Assembly (NCBI GenBank): GCA_027623425.1
Contig: JAQBTH010000001.1
Span: forward strand, 1,485-65,484
Direction of reading: 5' to 3'
Source of the DNA: a bacterium
GTDB lineage: Bacteria; Margulisbacteria; Marinamargulisbacteria; UBA817; JAQBTH01
DNA length: 64,000 nucleotides
The notes under the pieces were generated by a model, which worked only from the letters and a program-made list of their open reading frames with translations, did no database searches and had not been told where the DNA came from. The position numbers and the translations under genes are program-made. Of the stretch, positions 40,158 to 49,725 are shown one piece after another (position 1 is the first letter of the stretch; every line of letters starts with the position of its first letter).

Positions 40158-41117
40158 ATGGAACGTTACGCAAGCTACGGTGGTTCTGCGACGCGTGAAG
40201 CAAAACTTCAAGCGGCACAAAGCAACGATCGAACTAAAACCGCCTCGGAACATGGGCTAGAAATAGGTAGTCTGTTTAAAAAAAGCATATCAACTAATGA
40301 TGCCATTTTTGGGTTCTATGAAAGCCAGATCAAGGCAATTCGCTCGATTACCAGCAGCATACGAAGCGAAGAGGAGTATACAGCATTAGAACATCTTTTA
40401 GAAAAGATCCTACAACACGCATCTGCAATAAGTACGGTGATGCAATTAATAGATGGCTCTATTACAGCCCAAATAGTTGAGGATGCTGAAGATAGTGGAG
40501 AAAGTAAAGAAGCGGCGGACGTATCATTACAAGATCAACTTAAAGAGTTAAGTGGAAACCCTATTGCTATGGACTTATGGAAGTATATGAATGAGCACCC
40601 TAATCCAAAATTTCACCTGACAAATCCTAATGGAACATTAAAATACGATAGTAGCACTCTAAAAGAAGGAGAAGAGTTGCGTAAACAGTTATTTGGAAGA
40701 CTATCAAAAGCATTTTTACATATGCAATGTGAACAAGGACATCATGTGTTTTTTGAATTATCATCAGACTTTGGTAGCGAAAGCGAAACAATGGATTTTT
40801 TTGTGGGTCAAAAAACGGGTGGCAGCGATAGTCTAGGACTGAATGACCGAGACCGAGACCGAGAACGAAAAACAACCACAAGAGAACTAATGACCGTGTT
40901 TAGAAATCGGGATAATCCGATCATACGAAAAGGCGTCGTTTTCATGAAAGACGGAAAAGTGTGCGAGCCACCATGGGTAACACACCCAGAAAAGTTTGAG
41001 CGCTACAGACAGCAACAAATCGCAAAACTAACCGGTGCTAGCGGTTCCCCAACAGATCAACACATGCGAATGCAAGTTCTAGACAAAAAAGCAATTCTGC
41101 AGCGCCTCCACTCATAG
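40158..41117 (+). CDS. Hypothetical hydrophilic protein (319 aa; DRDRDRER stretch)
   Basis: ORF with AAGGAG SD; no recognisable domain. Confidence 0.5.
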   Translation: MERYASYGGSATREAKLQAAQSNDRTKTASEHGLEIGSLFKKSISTNDAIFGFYESQIKAIRSITSSIRSEEEYTALEHLLEKILQHASAISTVMQLIDGSITAQIVEDAEDSGESKEAADVSLQDQLKELSGNPIAMDLWKYMNEHPNPKFHLTNPNGTLKYDSSTLKEGEELRKQLFGRLSKAFLHMQCEQGHHVFFELSSDFGSESETMDFFVGQKTGGSDSLGLNDRDRDRERKTTTRELMTVFRNRDNPIIRKGVVFMKDGKVCEPPWVTHPEKFERYRQQQIAKLTGASGSPTDQHMRMQVLDKKAILQRLHS

Positions 41118-41229
41118 ATAGAAGCACTAAACCAGTACGCCAACCCAATGGTACATTTGCGCCTCGCTCAAGTAGTCCCCCTCTACTCAAAAACTAAAAC
41201 CCACACAATAAACAACTGGTTGAGTAGAA

Positions 41230-41475
41230 TTACTTCAACATCTCACGAAGTATGCGTGCGGAAGGGGTAGATCTGCCAATTAAAAGTAGGTTTAAGACAG
41301 CCGCATATCTCCTTATTTCTTTTTTTGGATATTTTACCAGTTGATCCAAACATTCATTAATTGCGCCCTGCTGCGTCGCAGTGCGCTCTACTCCAGTTGA
41401 ATTTAATATACACGTAACAACGAGAGTCCACGCTGGTTCCAAGCTATTTGAAGTCGCTATTCGTTTATACATCAC
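41230..41475 (-). CDS. Small hypothetical ORF (81 aa) beginning (V/M)MYKRIATSNS, i.e. the shared N-terminal module
   Basis: GTG/ATG start; 5' coding DNA AAACGAATAGCGACTTCA is nearly identical to the AAACGAATTGCGACATCA at the J-domain gene start. Confidence 0.4.
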   Translation of the reverse strand: MMYKRIATSNSLEPAWTLVVTCILNSTGVERTATQQGAINECLDQLVKYPKKEIRRYAAVLNLLLIGRSTPSARILREMLK

Positions 41476-41560
41476 ACATTACCTCACTTCTATTATATCG
41501 AATACTAACATACACCAAATTCACTTTAGCGTTATTCCACTTCTAGCGACCACACATCAT

Positions 41561-41974
41561 CTAGCTCAGTCGAAGCATCTCGACCAGCAAACAGCCAAAT
41601 TTTACCGTCACACTCCCTGTGCTCACACCTGTTAATACGCCATCCTCGTCTATCGTGGCGTTATTCGTCGCATCCACACTCCACGTTACCAAAGAAGAGG
41701 CACCAGAAGGCAGCACACTCACCGTAAATTGACGATCAAGCCCGATGTTTAATGTAGCAGTAGCGCTAGTAAATGAAAGTGATGTAGGCAATGTCGTGCC
41801 ATCGCCTTCTTCGTCATCAGAACTTTCATTATTATCTGTGTTCGGCAATAAATCCGAACCGCCATCAAGGCTTGTACACGCACCAATGAACGCAAAAACA
41901 AACAAAAAACACAGCACTAAACCCAATTTACTTTTTGTTTTCATAAGTAGTTTATCGGTGAAAATGTAATCCAC
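41561..41974 (-). CDS. Lipoprotein fragment: signal peptide plus lipobox (FIGAC) and a Big_2-like domain only; probably a truncated paralog of the Kelch/Big_2 lipoproteins
   Basis: …SLSFTSATATLNIGLDRQFTVSVLPSGASSLVTWSV…GVLTGVSTGSVTV… parallels the N-terminus of the 33287-34487 gene; no propeller follows. Confidence 0.4.
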   Translation of the reverse strand: MDYIFTDKLLMKTKSKLGLVLCFLFVFAFIGACTSLDGGSDLLPNTDNNESSDDEEGDGTTLPTSLSFTSATATLNIGLDRQFTVSVLPSGASSLVTWSVDATNNATIDEDGVLTGVSTGSVTVKFGCLLVEMLRLS

Positions 41975-42193
41975 TTTATTCGCGACTATTTAATCCGACA
42001 ACACGCCCTACTGGGCATATCGCGGTTCTGTTCGCCTTTTATTTGTAGAATCCGTACAAAAAAGGCGGTATTTAGCCGGCTATTGCAAAGGGGATAGTAC
42101 AAGCGTACAGACCCGACGCAATCCGGCAAAATACCCCTACTAAATATCTCCATTGATTTAAAATTTTGAGGAGATTTGGATTTATCGAGAAAA

Positions 42194-42237
42194 AGTTACC
42201 GCAGGCGTATATAAAATACGTCGAGGACAGCTTTTTT
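42194..42237. repeat. Copy C of dispersed repeat AGTTACCGCAGGCGTAT-ATAAA-ATACGTCGAGGACAGCTTTTTT, just downstream of the tmRNA 3' end
   Basis: Shares AGTTACCGCAGGCGTAT…ATACGTCGAGGACAGCTT with 6191-6230. Confidence 0.55.
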
Positions 42238-42273
42238 GATGAAAAAGGCAAAGATGCCAAAATTTTAAATCAA

Positions 42274-42661
42274 TGGTGGAGGTGAGGGGATTTGAACCCC
42301 TGTCCAAAAGAGCCCACACAAAGGCGCTACGAGTGTAGTTTGTGAGAAAAGATTCCCCAGATGATTATCCACAAACAGATTCCCAAATAGGTATTACTCA
42401 GTGAAAGTTTCGCGTCTACCGCTGAATACGCCAGTAGTTGCTAGTTGACTAAGTGACGCCAGATCCGACTACATCAACGATAATCGGGTGACGATTGCTA
42501 ACCTAAATTAGGCAGCAAGTAGTTCAGTTTGTTTACCAAACTGAGCTGTAAGAATTTGAGCATTGTCAATTCTTGTTGTTATGCCTTTTAACGTGGCCTG
42601 GCATCTCCACGACTCGCTCCTCAGCGTAAAGTCTTCTTTTGTCGAAACCAAAAACACCCCC
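42274..42661 (-). ncRNA. ssrA: tmRNA (SsrA)
   Basis: 5' end GGGGGTGTTTTTGGTTTCGACAAAAG…, 3' tRNA-like end …CAGGGGTTCAAATCCCCTCACCTCCACCA; internal tag ORF ending …AQFGKQTELLAA-TAA (stop at 42508-42510). Confidence 0.9.
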
Positions 42662-43266
42662 AAAGGTGATTTTGCAAAGAAAATTTGCAATATCAAAGAA
42701 CCACTAATGTAACGTTAGCACAGTATAAAAAGTTACAATTTAAGTCAAGCGAAAGAGCATTTTAAGAAAATAGACCCCAGCCAGAAAAGAAGCCAGGAGC
42801 AGGGTCTGCAAGCACCCCCTCATCACCACAATCATCCCCCGCTACAATAAAGGATTTCCCTGTTCGAATTATGGGTCGTTGAAATCTTAATACAACGTCA
42901 CGAGTATCTCCAACACCATTCTCTGTAGCAGACCCGCCAATCCCAAGTTCAGCCCAACTCCACCCCATAACGTCTGAGTAGCACCCTAGTTATCATCTGT
43001 AACAGCACGCCATTTTCGAACTACAGGCATACAATTTAAAGCCAATGGGTTCAGTTTCCAAGCAATCACATCGTCTAGCCCACAACACTGACCCGCAAGT
43101 CGTTTAAACATATACTATCTCATAAATTTTAAACATTATTACTTAAATTATATATAAATATGATGAAATAATCGAACAGTAAAAAATGTGACATTTAATC
43201 ACAAAAATGCTATTCTAGTTGCGCTATTCCAGAAAATAAACCAGACACAACAATAAGGAGTTTATC

Positions 43267-44577
43267 ATGGCCCAACGCGGCATACTTGAGTACGATGCAA
43301 AGTCATTAGTAACACGTCTTTGGAACGATTATATTGGCGACTCACTAATCTGCAATTTTCGCAGCGTATTAGTGGAAACGGAAGATGAATTAGACACCGC
43401 AGCAAAAGCCCAAGACTGGCTCAATCAGCCTGGCTTAGTCGTAAAACCCGACATGCTATTTGGAAAACGCGGCAAAAACAACCTTGTGTTATACAAAACA
43501 ACCACAGCCGGAGACGTATCATTGGCCGATGCAAAAAAATGGATACACGAAAAACGCATCAACGAAATCGCCTTATTAAATGGTGAAAAAGGCTGGTTGC
43601 GTCGGTTCATTATAGAGCCGTTTGTGCCCCACTCTATAGAGCAAGAGTACTACATTAGTTTTAGAAGCGAAACAGAAAACGATGTCATGGCAATATCAGC
43701 CTGTGGCGGCGTGGATATTGAAGAAAATTGGGACACCGTTACCGAAGTATTCATACCTGTATTAAGCGAAGATAAAGAAGCTAAGAATCTAATTTTGTCT
43801 CAAATTCCAGATGAAATCCAAGAACGCAATGCCGTTGGCACGCTCGCCGTTGGTCTTTACAGTTTATTTAAAGACCTACATTTCGCCTACCTCGAATTAA
43901 ACCCATTTGTCATAGAAGGCAATACCATTCATTTATTAGATATGGTCGCCAAATTAGATGATACCGCTGGCTATTTAATGCAAGAAGAATGGCAAGGCAT
44001 CGAGTTTCCGTCTGGCTTTGGGCGCGCAGGCTTAACAAAAGAAGAGAAATTCATTACAGAACTAGACGAAAAATCAGGTGCCAGTTTAAAACTAACCATC
44101 CTTAACCCAAAAGGCGTCGTATGGACATTAGTAGCAGGTGGCGGCGCATCCGTTGTATTTGCGGACACGATTGCCAACACATGGGGAGCAAATGAGCTGG
44201 CTAATTACGGCGAGTATTCTGGCAACCCCAACACCGAAGAAACCTACTACTACACAAAAACAGTTCTAGACTTAATGACCAGAGAAAAAGACGATAAAGG
44301 CCGCAACAAAATTCTACTTATTGGTGGCGCCATCGCAAACTTCACTGATGTCGCAAGCACCTTTAAAGGCATCATTCAGGCCATGGAAGAATACGCCCCT
44401 AAAATGCGCGAAATTGGCGTGCAAATTTATGTACGTCGCGGTGGGCCTAACTATGAAATTGGCCTTCGTAACATTAAAACAGCCGCCAAGAAATTAAAGC
44501 TACCCATTGATGTATACGGACCAGAAACCCATATGACTGATATCGTCGCAATTGCGATGGAAGACGCCAACGCCTAG
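43267..44577 (+). CDS. aclB: ATP-citrate lyase, beta/small subunit (ATP-grasp)
   Basis: Strong similarity to the ACLY N-terminal part: …LDEKSGASLKLTILNPKGVVWTLVAGGGASVVFADTI…NELANYGEYSG…LMTREK…IGGAIANFTDVASTFKGI…YVRRGGPNY…. Confidence 0.9.
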   Translation: MAQRGILEYDAKSLVTRLWNDYIGDSLICNFRSVLVETEDELDTAAKAQDWLNQPGLVVKPDMLFGKRGKNNLVLYKTTTAGDVSLADAKKWIHEKRINEIALLNGEKGWLRRFIIEPFVPHSIEQEYYISFRSETENDVMAISACGGVDIEENWDTVTEVFIPVLSEDKEAKNLILSQIPDEIQERNAVGTLAVGLYSLFKDLHFAYLELNPFVIEGNTIHLLDMVAKLDDTAGYLMQEEWQGIEFPSGFGRAGLTKEEKFITELDEKSGASLKLTILNPKGVVWTLVAGGGASVVFADTIANTWGANELANYGEYSGNPNTEETYYYTKTVLDLMTREKDDKGRNKILLIGGAIANFTDVASTFKGIIQAMEEYAPKMREIGVQIYVRRGGPNYEIGLRNIKTAAKKLKLPIDVYGPETHMTDIVAIAMEDANA

Positions 44578-44592
44578 GCAAAGGAGACTAAA

Positions 44593-46452
44593 ATGAGCGC
44601 ATTATTTACACCTGATAGCAAAGCAATATTTTGGAACAATAACGTAAAAGCAATTCAACGCATGTTGGATTATGGCTATATATGCCGACGCGAAAGCCCA
44701 TCAGTTGTGGCCATCGTTCACCCAAGCAGCCAATCCAGTGTTCAAAAGTTTTTCTATGGCCCCCATGAAGTATTAATTCCCATATATAAAACCATTTCAG
44801 ATGCGGCAGAAGCCCATCCAGAAGCGGATTGCTTCTTAAACTTTGCATCATTCCGCACCGCATGGGAAACCACCATGAAAGCCATGGAATTTAATAACAT
44901 CAAAACCTTAATGGTAACCGCTGAAGGCATACCAGAACGACTAACCCGTATTATGGTCGCCACAGCACGTAAAAAAGGCAAGATGCTGGTGGGTCCCTCA
45001 ACAGTAGGCGCCATCACTCCTGGTGCGTTGAAAACAGGAAATATCGGCGGCACGATCGAAAATATTGCCAAAACAAAACTACACCGCCCAGGATCTGCTG
45101 GGCTGGTTACAAAATCCGGTGGGTTATTTAACGAACTCGCCAACATCATTTCAATCAATGGCGATGGCATTGCAGAAGGTGTTGCCGTTGGTGGTGATCG
45201 CTACCCTGGTTCTATTTTCATTGACCATTTATTACGCATGGAGAAAAACCCAACAGTTAAATATTTTGTACTTTTAGGTGAAGTAGGCGGAACGGATGAA
45301 TATGATGTTGTTGAGGCATACAAAGAAGGAAAACTAACAAAACCAATCGTGGCGCTATGCACAGGTACTGTTGCCAAACACTTATCTAGCGGCGTTCAGT
45401 TTGGGCACGCTGGGGCAAAAGCCAACTCCGATTTGGAAACCGCTGATGCAAAAAACAAGGCAATGAAAGACGCAGGCTTCAATGTACCTGACAACTTCAA
45501 TGAGTTCCCAGTGATGATCAAAGACACCTACGAAGACTTAGTGGCTAAAAACCAAGTAAGCGCCGAAGAAATTAGTGATCTTCCTGAAATTCCTGAAGAT
45601 TATTCCGCGGCTAAAAAAGAAGGCCGAGTGCGCAAACAAACCAACTTCATATGCACGATTTCCGATGACCGAGGCGATGAAGCCGTATACGCAGGTGTAC
45701 CAATTTCATCATTAGCCACGCCAGAAACAGGCTACGGAATTGGCGATGTCATTACCCTACTTTGGTTTAAAAAGCGCTATCCAAAATGGGCAACTGATTT
45801 TATTGAAACTGTACTTAAAACCGTTGCAGACCACGGCCCAGCAGTATCTGGCGCTCACAACACTCGCGTCACTAGCCGTGCCGGAAAAGACCTAGTTAGC
45901 TCAGTGGTAACCGGGTTACTGGCAATCGGCCCGCGCTTTGGTGGTGCCATTGATGGTGCTGCTAAATATTTCAAATATGGCGCCGACCAGCAATTATCGG
46001 CACGCGGATTTGTAAATTACATGAAAGAAAAAGGCGAACCAATTCCCGGGATCGGCCATCGTATTAAATCGTTGAAAAATCCAGATCTTCGCGTGAAAGC
46101 ATTAATTGAATACGCAAAGGCGAACTTTCCATCTACCGACCTGTTGGATTATGCCCGCGAGATTGAACAAGTCACCACCAGCAAAAAAGACACATTGATT
46201 TTAAACGTCGATGGCGCCGTTGGTGTGTTACTAGTAGACATGTGGAACGCACTTGGGTACTCCGATGCTGAAATTGACCAAATGATCGATTCTGGGGCGT
46301 TAAACGCATTCTTTGTTCTTGGGCGCACCATTGGGTTCATTGGCCACGCTTTGGACGAGAAACGATTAAATATGCCGCTCTATCGTCATGAATTGGATGA
46401 CATTCTGTATGATGTGGATGTCGCCGAAGAAATGACGGTTAGAGTAAAGTAA
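44593..46452 (+). CDS. aclA: ATP-citrate lyase, alpha/large subunit (CoA-binding, phosphohistidine, citryl-CoA lyase domain)
   Basis: 619 aa; GHAGAKAN phosphohistidine loop; C-terminal citrate-synthase-like domain; AAGGAG SD; 15 nt after aclB. Confidence 0.9.
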   Translation: MSALFTPDSKAIFWNNNVKAIQRMLDYGYICRRESPSVVAIVHPSSQSSVQKFFYGPHEVLIPIYKTISDAAEAHPEADCFLNFASFRTAWETTMKAMEFNNIKTLMVTAEGIPERLTRIMVATARKKGKMLVGPSTVGAITPGALKTGNIGGTIENIAKTKLHRPGSAGLVTKSGGLFNELANIISINGDGIAEGVAVGGDRYPGSIFIDHLLRMEKNPTVKYFVLLGEVGGTDEYDVVEAYKEGKLTKPIVALCTGTVAKHLSSGVQFGHAGAKANSDLETADAKNKAMKDAGFNVPDNFNEFPVMIKDTYEDLVAKNQVSAEEISDLPEIPEDYSAAKKEGRVRKQTNFICTISDDRGDEAVYAGVPISSLATPETGYGIGDVITLLWFKKRYPKWATDFIETVLKTVADHGPAVSGAHNTRVTSRAGKDLVSSVVTGLLAIGPRFGGAIDGAAKYFKYGADQQLSARGFVNYMKEKGEPIPGIGHRIKSLKNPDLRVKALIEYAKANFPSTDLLDYAREIEQVTTSKKDTLILNVDGAVGVLLVDMWNALGYSDAEIDQMIDSGALNAFFVLGRTIGFIGHALDEKRLNMPLYRHELDDILYDVDVAEEMTVRVK

Positions 46453-46500
46453 AAATTTACAAATTTAAATTGAATTAAGTGTGAAAGATAGATACAATGT

Positions 46501-46528
46501 GGCGGTATGACACTATTATCGTACCGCC
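46501..46528 (+). terminator. Hairpin GGCGGTATGA-cactatta-TCGTACCGCC ~50 nt after the aclA stop (no U-tract)
   Basis: 10-bp stem with one G:U pair. Confidence 0.35.
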
Positions 46529-46649
46529 GCATTGCAAGTCCAAACCCTAGGCGTTATGCGTTTAGCGCACCTTCAGATTTTGCATAAGCAACCCTGCACT
46601 TAATTCAAAGGTAAGCGCCACCATTCACAGACTGCATATCCTAGCAGCA

Positions 46650-47462
46650 GTGGACGGCGATCACAGAAAAACACTAAACATCATACGCAACCCCTTACCT
46701 AGACACGATCATGCGCAATTCTATCCTATTTACACCTGGTACACATGCCCCACTGCACCACAAGACTGCGTACTTTCCCAAGAATCCGAACAAGAACAAA
46801 GCGCGCTTAGACGAGCTGATTTCAACGGGCAAAAGTTCTATCGAACTGGCATTTATCTTGTAATATCCGTTCCCGCATATGCTAGCGCCAGCGCCAATAG
46901 TGTAGGAAATATTGACGAGTACAAAGGCGATATCAGTGAGCAACCAAGACAGATTATCTGCGACGAAGTTCTATTAGCCCGCCATATCGAAAGCCCAAAC
47001 GTCATCTATTTCGCATACTACAACCCTTATTTTCAAAATATACTAACACAACGTCACCCAATACCTACACTGGACTATATTCAAGCCAATAAAGAAACAT
47101 GGAACACACCCTTCAGAGAATTACCAACAGAAACACAAGCACTTAGTCTATTGGCGGATTCCGTGAATAACCATATCGTAAGCCTAAATTTTAAGCACCT
47201 CGCAGTACGCACAGATGAATCCAGCAGACTAACAACTTATGTGCGCGACTCCCTTAGATTCGATGTTCCTAACTCTGGATTATACAATGTTCGCCCCATA
47301 CCTCCTGAAACAGAACCTCCTCCAGCAGAAGAAACGAAACCATCACCAACACACCCCTCGCATCAACATAATTACCGATACGCAGTCAAAAAATGGGAAG
47401 CCTTCAAGGCACAAGAACGCCGCATGGCTTTACTGAGACAAGCGCCACAAACATGTGTATAA
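46650..47462 (+). CDS. Hypothetical protein (270 aa) with a Pro-rich C-terminus
   Basis: ORF only. Confidence 0.5.
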   Translation: MDGDHRKTLNIIRNPLPRHDHAQFYPIYTWYTCPTAPQDCVLSQESEQEQSALRRADFNGQKFYRTGIYLVISVPAYASASANSVGNIDEYKGDISEQPRQIICDEVLLARHIESPNVIYFAYYNPYFQNILTQRHPIPTLDYIQANKETWNTPFRELPTETQALSLLADSVNNHIVSLNFKHLAVRTDESSRLTTYVRDSLRFDVPNSGLYNVRPIPPETEPPPAEETKPSPTHPSHQHNYRYAVKKWEAFKAQERRMALLRQAPQTCV

Positions 47463-47467
47463 ATCAG

Positions 47468-48412
47468 TTACGATTTAAAAAAAGCAACCGTGTGTTTTAA
47501 ACCCTCTTCCAGCGTTATGAACTCGCCCACGCCCAATAGATCCTTAAGCCGACTAACATCCGCACGGGTATGTTTCACATCGCCCGCACGCAATGCGCCA
47601 TACTCAAGCCCCAGGTTGCTACCCAACGTTTTGCCAATGCCAAGTGCAAGCTGATTAATCGAAATCTGATCGCCACAGCCCACATTTATCGCTTGGCCGC
47701 ACGCCGCTGAACTCGCCACACACGCATTTAAATTAGCCGCAACCACGTTCTTTACATAGGTAAAATCACGGGTTTGTTCCCCATCACCATGAATTAACGG
47801 CGCTTCATTATTCAAATAGGCGGTCACAAATTTTGGAATCGCAGCCGAGTATTGAGAATTTGGATCTTGGCGCTCACCAAACACATTAAAATAACGAAGC
47901 GCGACTGTTTCCAAACCAAAGGCATCGTAAAATAACTTGCAATAAATCTCGCCCAACAACTTACCCGCCGCATACGGACTAAGTGGCACCGGCGTCATGG
48001 TCTCAACTTTTGGCAACCCAACGGTACCGCCATAAACAGACGACGAACTGGCAAAGACAAACCGCTTTATTCCCGCATCACGCGCCGCTAATAACATATT
48101 GTGCACACCCGTAACATTATTATCGTGGTACGAATCTGGCATTTCCATTGAACGGGGAACAGACCCTAGAGCCGCCTCATGCAACACAAAATCAGCATCC
48201 TCACACACTTTTCGGCAGGTGTCTAAATCTCGGATATCGCCTTCAACAAACGTAAAGCGATCGCCAACATTCATTCCATCAACGAACGACAGATTCTCAC
48301 GTTTTCCAGCAAACAAATTATCTAGCGCAACAACAGAATCCCCATTCGTTAAAATGGATTCAACCAAGTGCGACCCAATAAATCCTGCTGCTCCAGTTAC
48401 CACATACTTCAT
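47468..48412 (-). CDS. NAD-dependent sugar-nucleotide epimerase (GalE/WbpP-like UDP-hexose/UDP-HexNAc 4-epimerase family)
   Basis: VTGAAGFIGSHL Rossmann motif and the YxxxK catalytic region. Confidence 0.8.
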   Translation of the reverse strand: MKYVVTGAAGFIGSHLVESILTNGDSVVALDNLFAGKRENLSFVDGMNVGDRFTFVEGDIRDLDTCRKVCEDADFVLHEAALGSVPRSMEMPDSYHDNNVTGVHNMLLAARDAGIKRFVFASSSSVYGGTVGLPKVETMTPVPLSPYAAGKLLGEIYCKLFYDAFGLETVALRYFNVFGERQDPNSQYSAAIPKFVTAYLNNEAPLIHGDGEQTRDFTYVKNVVAANLNACVASSAACGQAINVGCGDQISINQLALGIGKTLGSNLGLEYGALRAGDVKHTRADVSRLKDLLGVGEFITLEEGLKHTVAFFKS

Positions 48413-48423
48413 TCGTTATTTAC

Positions 48424-49722
48424 CTACTCTTTCACAAACCCTAAGCGCAATCGCGCAGGCACTTCTTGTACCACGTTCAAGGTTTTTAATTTTTCCAATA
48501 CATTATCTAAAACACCTTCACTAGTCACTTCCGTAATAATGACAATTTCCGCAATCTTACCCGAACTTTCCTTTTGCAAAAACTGACTCAAATTAACCTG
48601 GTGCGCAGCAAATACGTTGCCCAATTTACTTAATACCCCCGGCGTATTATCCACAAGTACACGCAAGTAAAATTGACTCAAATGTTTAGCACGAGGCGCC
48701 ACTTTAACTTTGTTAAATTTATATTCTAAATTTCGGCGGGAATTCTTCTGATTTCCTTCAAATGCAATATCAAGAATATCCGACACCACTGCCGAACCTG
48801 TTGGCAATCCGCCAGCACCTTTTCCATAAATAAGCGATTCACCCACCATATTTCCAATAGAGTAAATCGCATTAAACTCGTTACGTACAGTTGCCAATGG
48901 GTGATTTTTTGGAATTAAAGTAGGCATGACGCTAAAACGCATTTTTCCTTCATCCATATATCGGCCAACCGCCAACAATTTCACCACAAATCCCAATTGA
49001 TCCGCATACTCAATATCAGTTAATTGTATGCCTTCAATTCCTTCACAAACCACATCAGCAACATTGATATTCACCTTAAAGGCAACTGCGGCTAAAATCA
49101 CTAATTTATAGGCCGCGTCCAAGCCTGAAATATCCATTGCAGGATCCGCCTCTGCAAACCCCAACTGTTGCGCTTGCGCTAACACCTCATTAAATGTTTT
49201 TTTCTCTTCTTGAATTTTAGTCAAAATATAATTAGTGGTGCCATTTAATATGCCATAAATCGCTGTGATTTGGTTAGCAGCATACCCCACCTTATAGCTA
49301 CGAATAATTGGTATACCACCGCCAACTGACGCTTCAAAATAAATATCCGTCTTGTAGGCTTTCGCCAATTTAAAGAAAGTATCTTTGTGCTTCGCAATCA
49401 CTTCTTTATTGGCCGTTACCACATACTTCCCCGCTTTAAGCGCCCGTTCGATATACTCAAATGCCGGGTGTTCTCCGCCTATTACTTCGACAACCACATC
49501 AATATCCGGGTTTTCCAACACCTGCGCTGGATCAGTAGTCATAAGCGTATCTGAACCAAAACGACTGGCCCAGTCTTTGTATTTCTCAGGATTCCTAACC
49601 ACGATAATAGGAATAGTAATGTTATGCCCCACCCGTTCAACTAAGGTCGCTGCATTTTGAGTTAAAATCTCATAAACACCTTGACCGACAAAGCCAAATC
49701 CAATTAATCCTACACGCAACAT
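48424..49722 (-). CDS. hom: Homoserine dehydrogenase (with C-terminal ACT domain)
   Basis: 432 aa, …LRVGLIGFGFVG… NAD-binding motif, catalytic-domain conservation. Confidence 0.9.
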   Translation of the reverse strand: MLRVGLIGFGFVGQGVYEILTQNAATLVERVGHNITIPIIVVRNPEKYKDWASRFGSDTLMTTDPAQVLENPDIDVVVEVIGGEHPAFEYIERALKAGKYVVTANKEVIAKHKDTFFKLAKAYKTDIYFEASVGGGIPIIRSYKVGYAANQITAIYGILNGTTNYILTKIQEEKKTFNEVLAQAQQLGFAEADPAMDISGLDAAYKLVILAAVAFKVNINVADVVCEGIEGIQLTDIEYADQLGFVVKLLAVGRYMDEGKMRFSVMPTLIPKNHPLATVRNEFNAIYSIGNMVGESLIYGKGAGGLPTGSAVVSDILDIAFEGNQKNSRRNLEYKFNKVKVAPRAKHLSQFYLRVLVDNTPGVLSKLGNVFAAHQVNLSQFLQKESSGKIAEIVIITEVTSEGVLDNVLEKLKTLNVVQEVPARLRLGFVKE

Positions 49723-49725
49723 ATC

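Noticed and set aside
42508-42696. 62-aa track ORF on the minus strand
   Set aside because: It coincides with the tmRNA; its C-terminus (…AQFGKQTELLAA) is the tmRNA tag-reading frame, not an independent protein gene.
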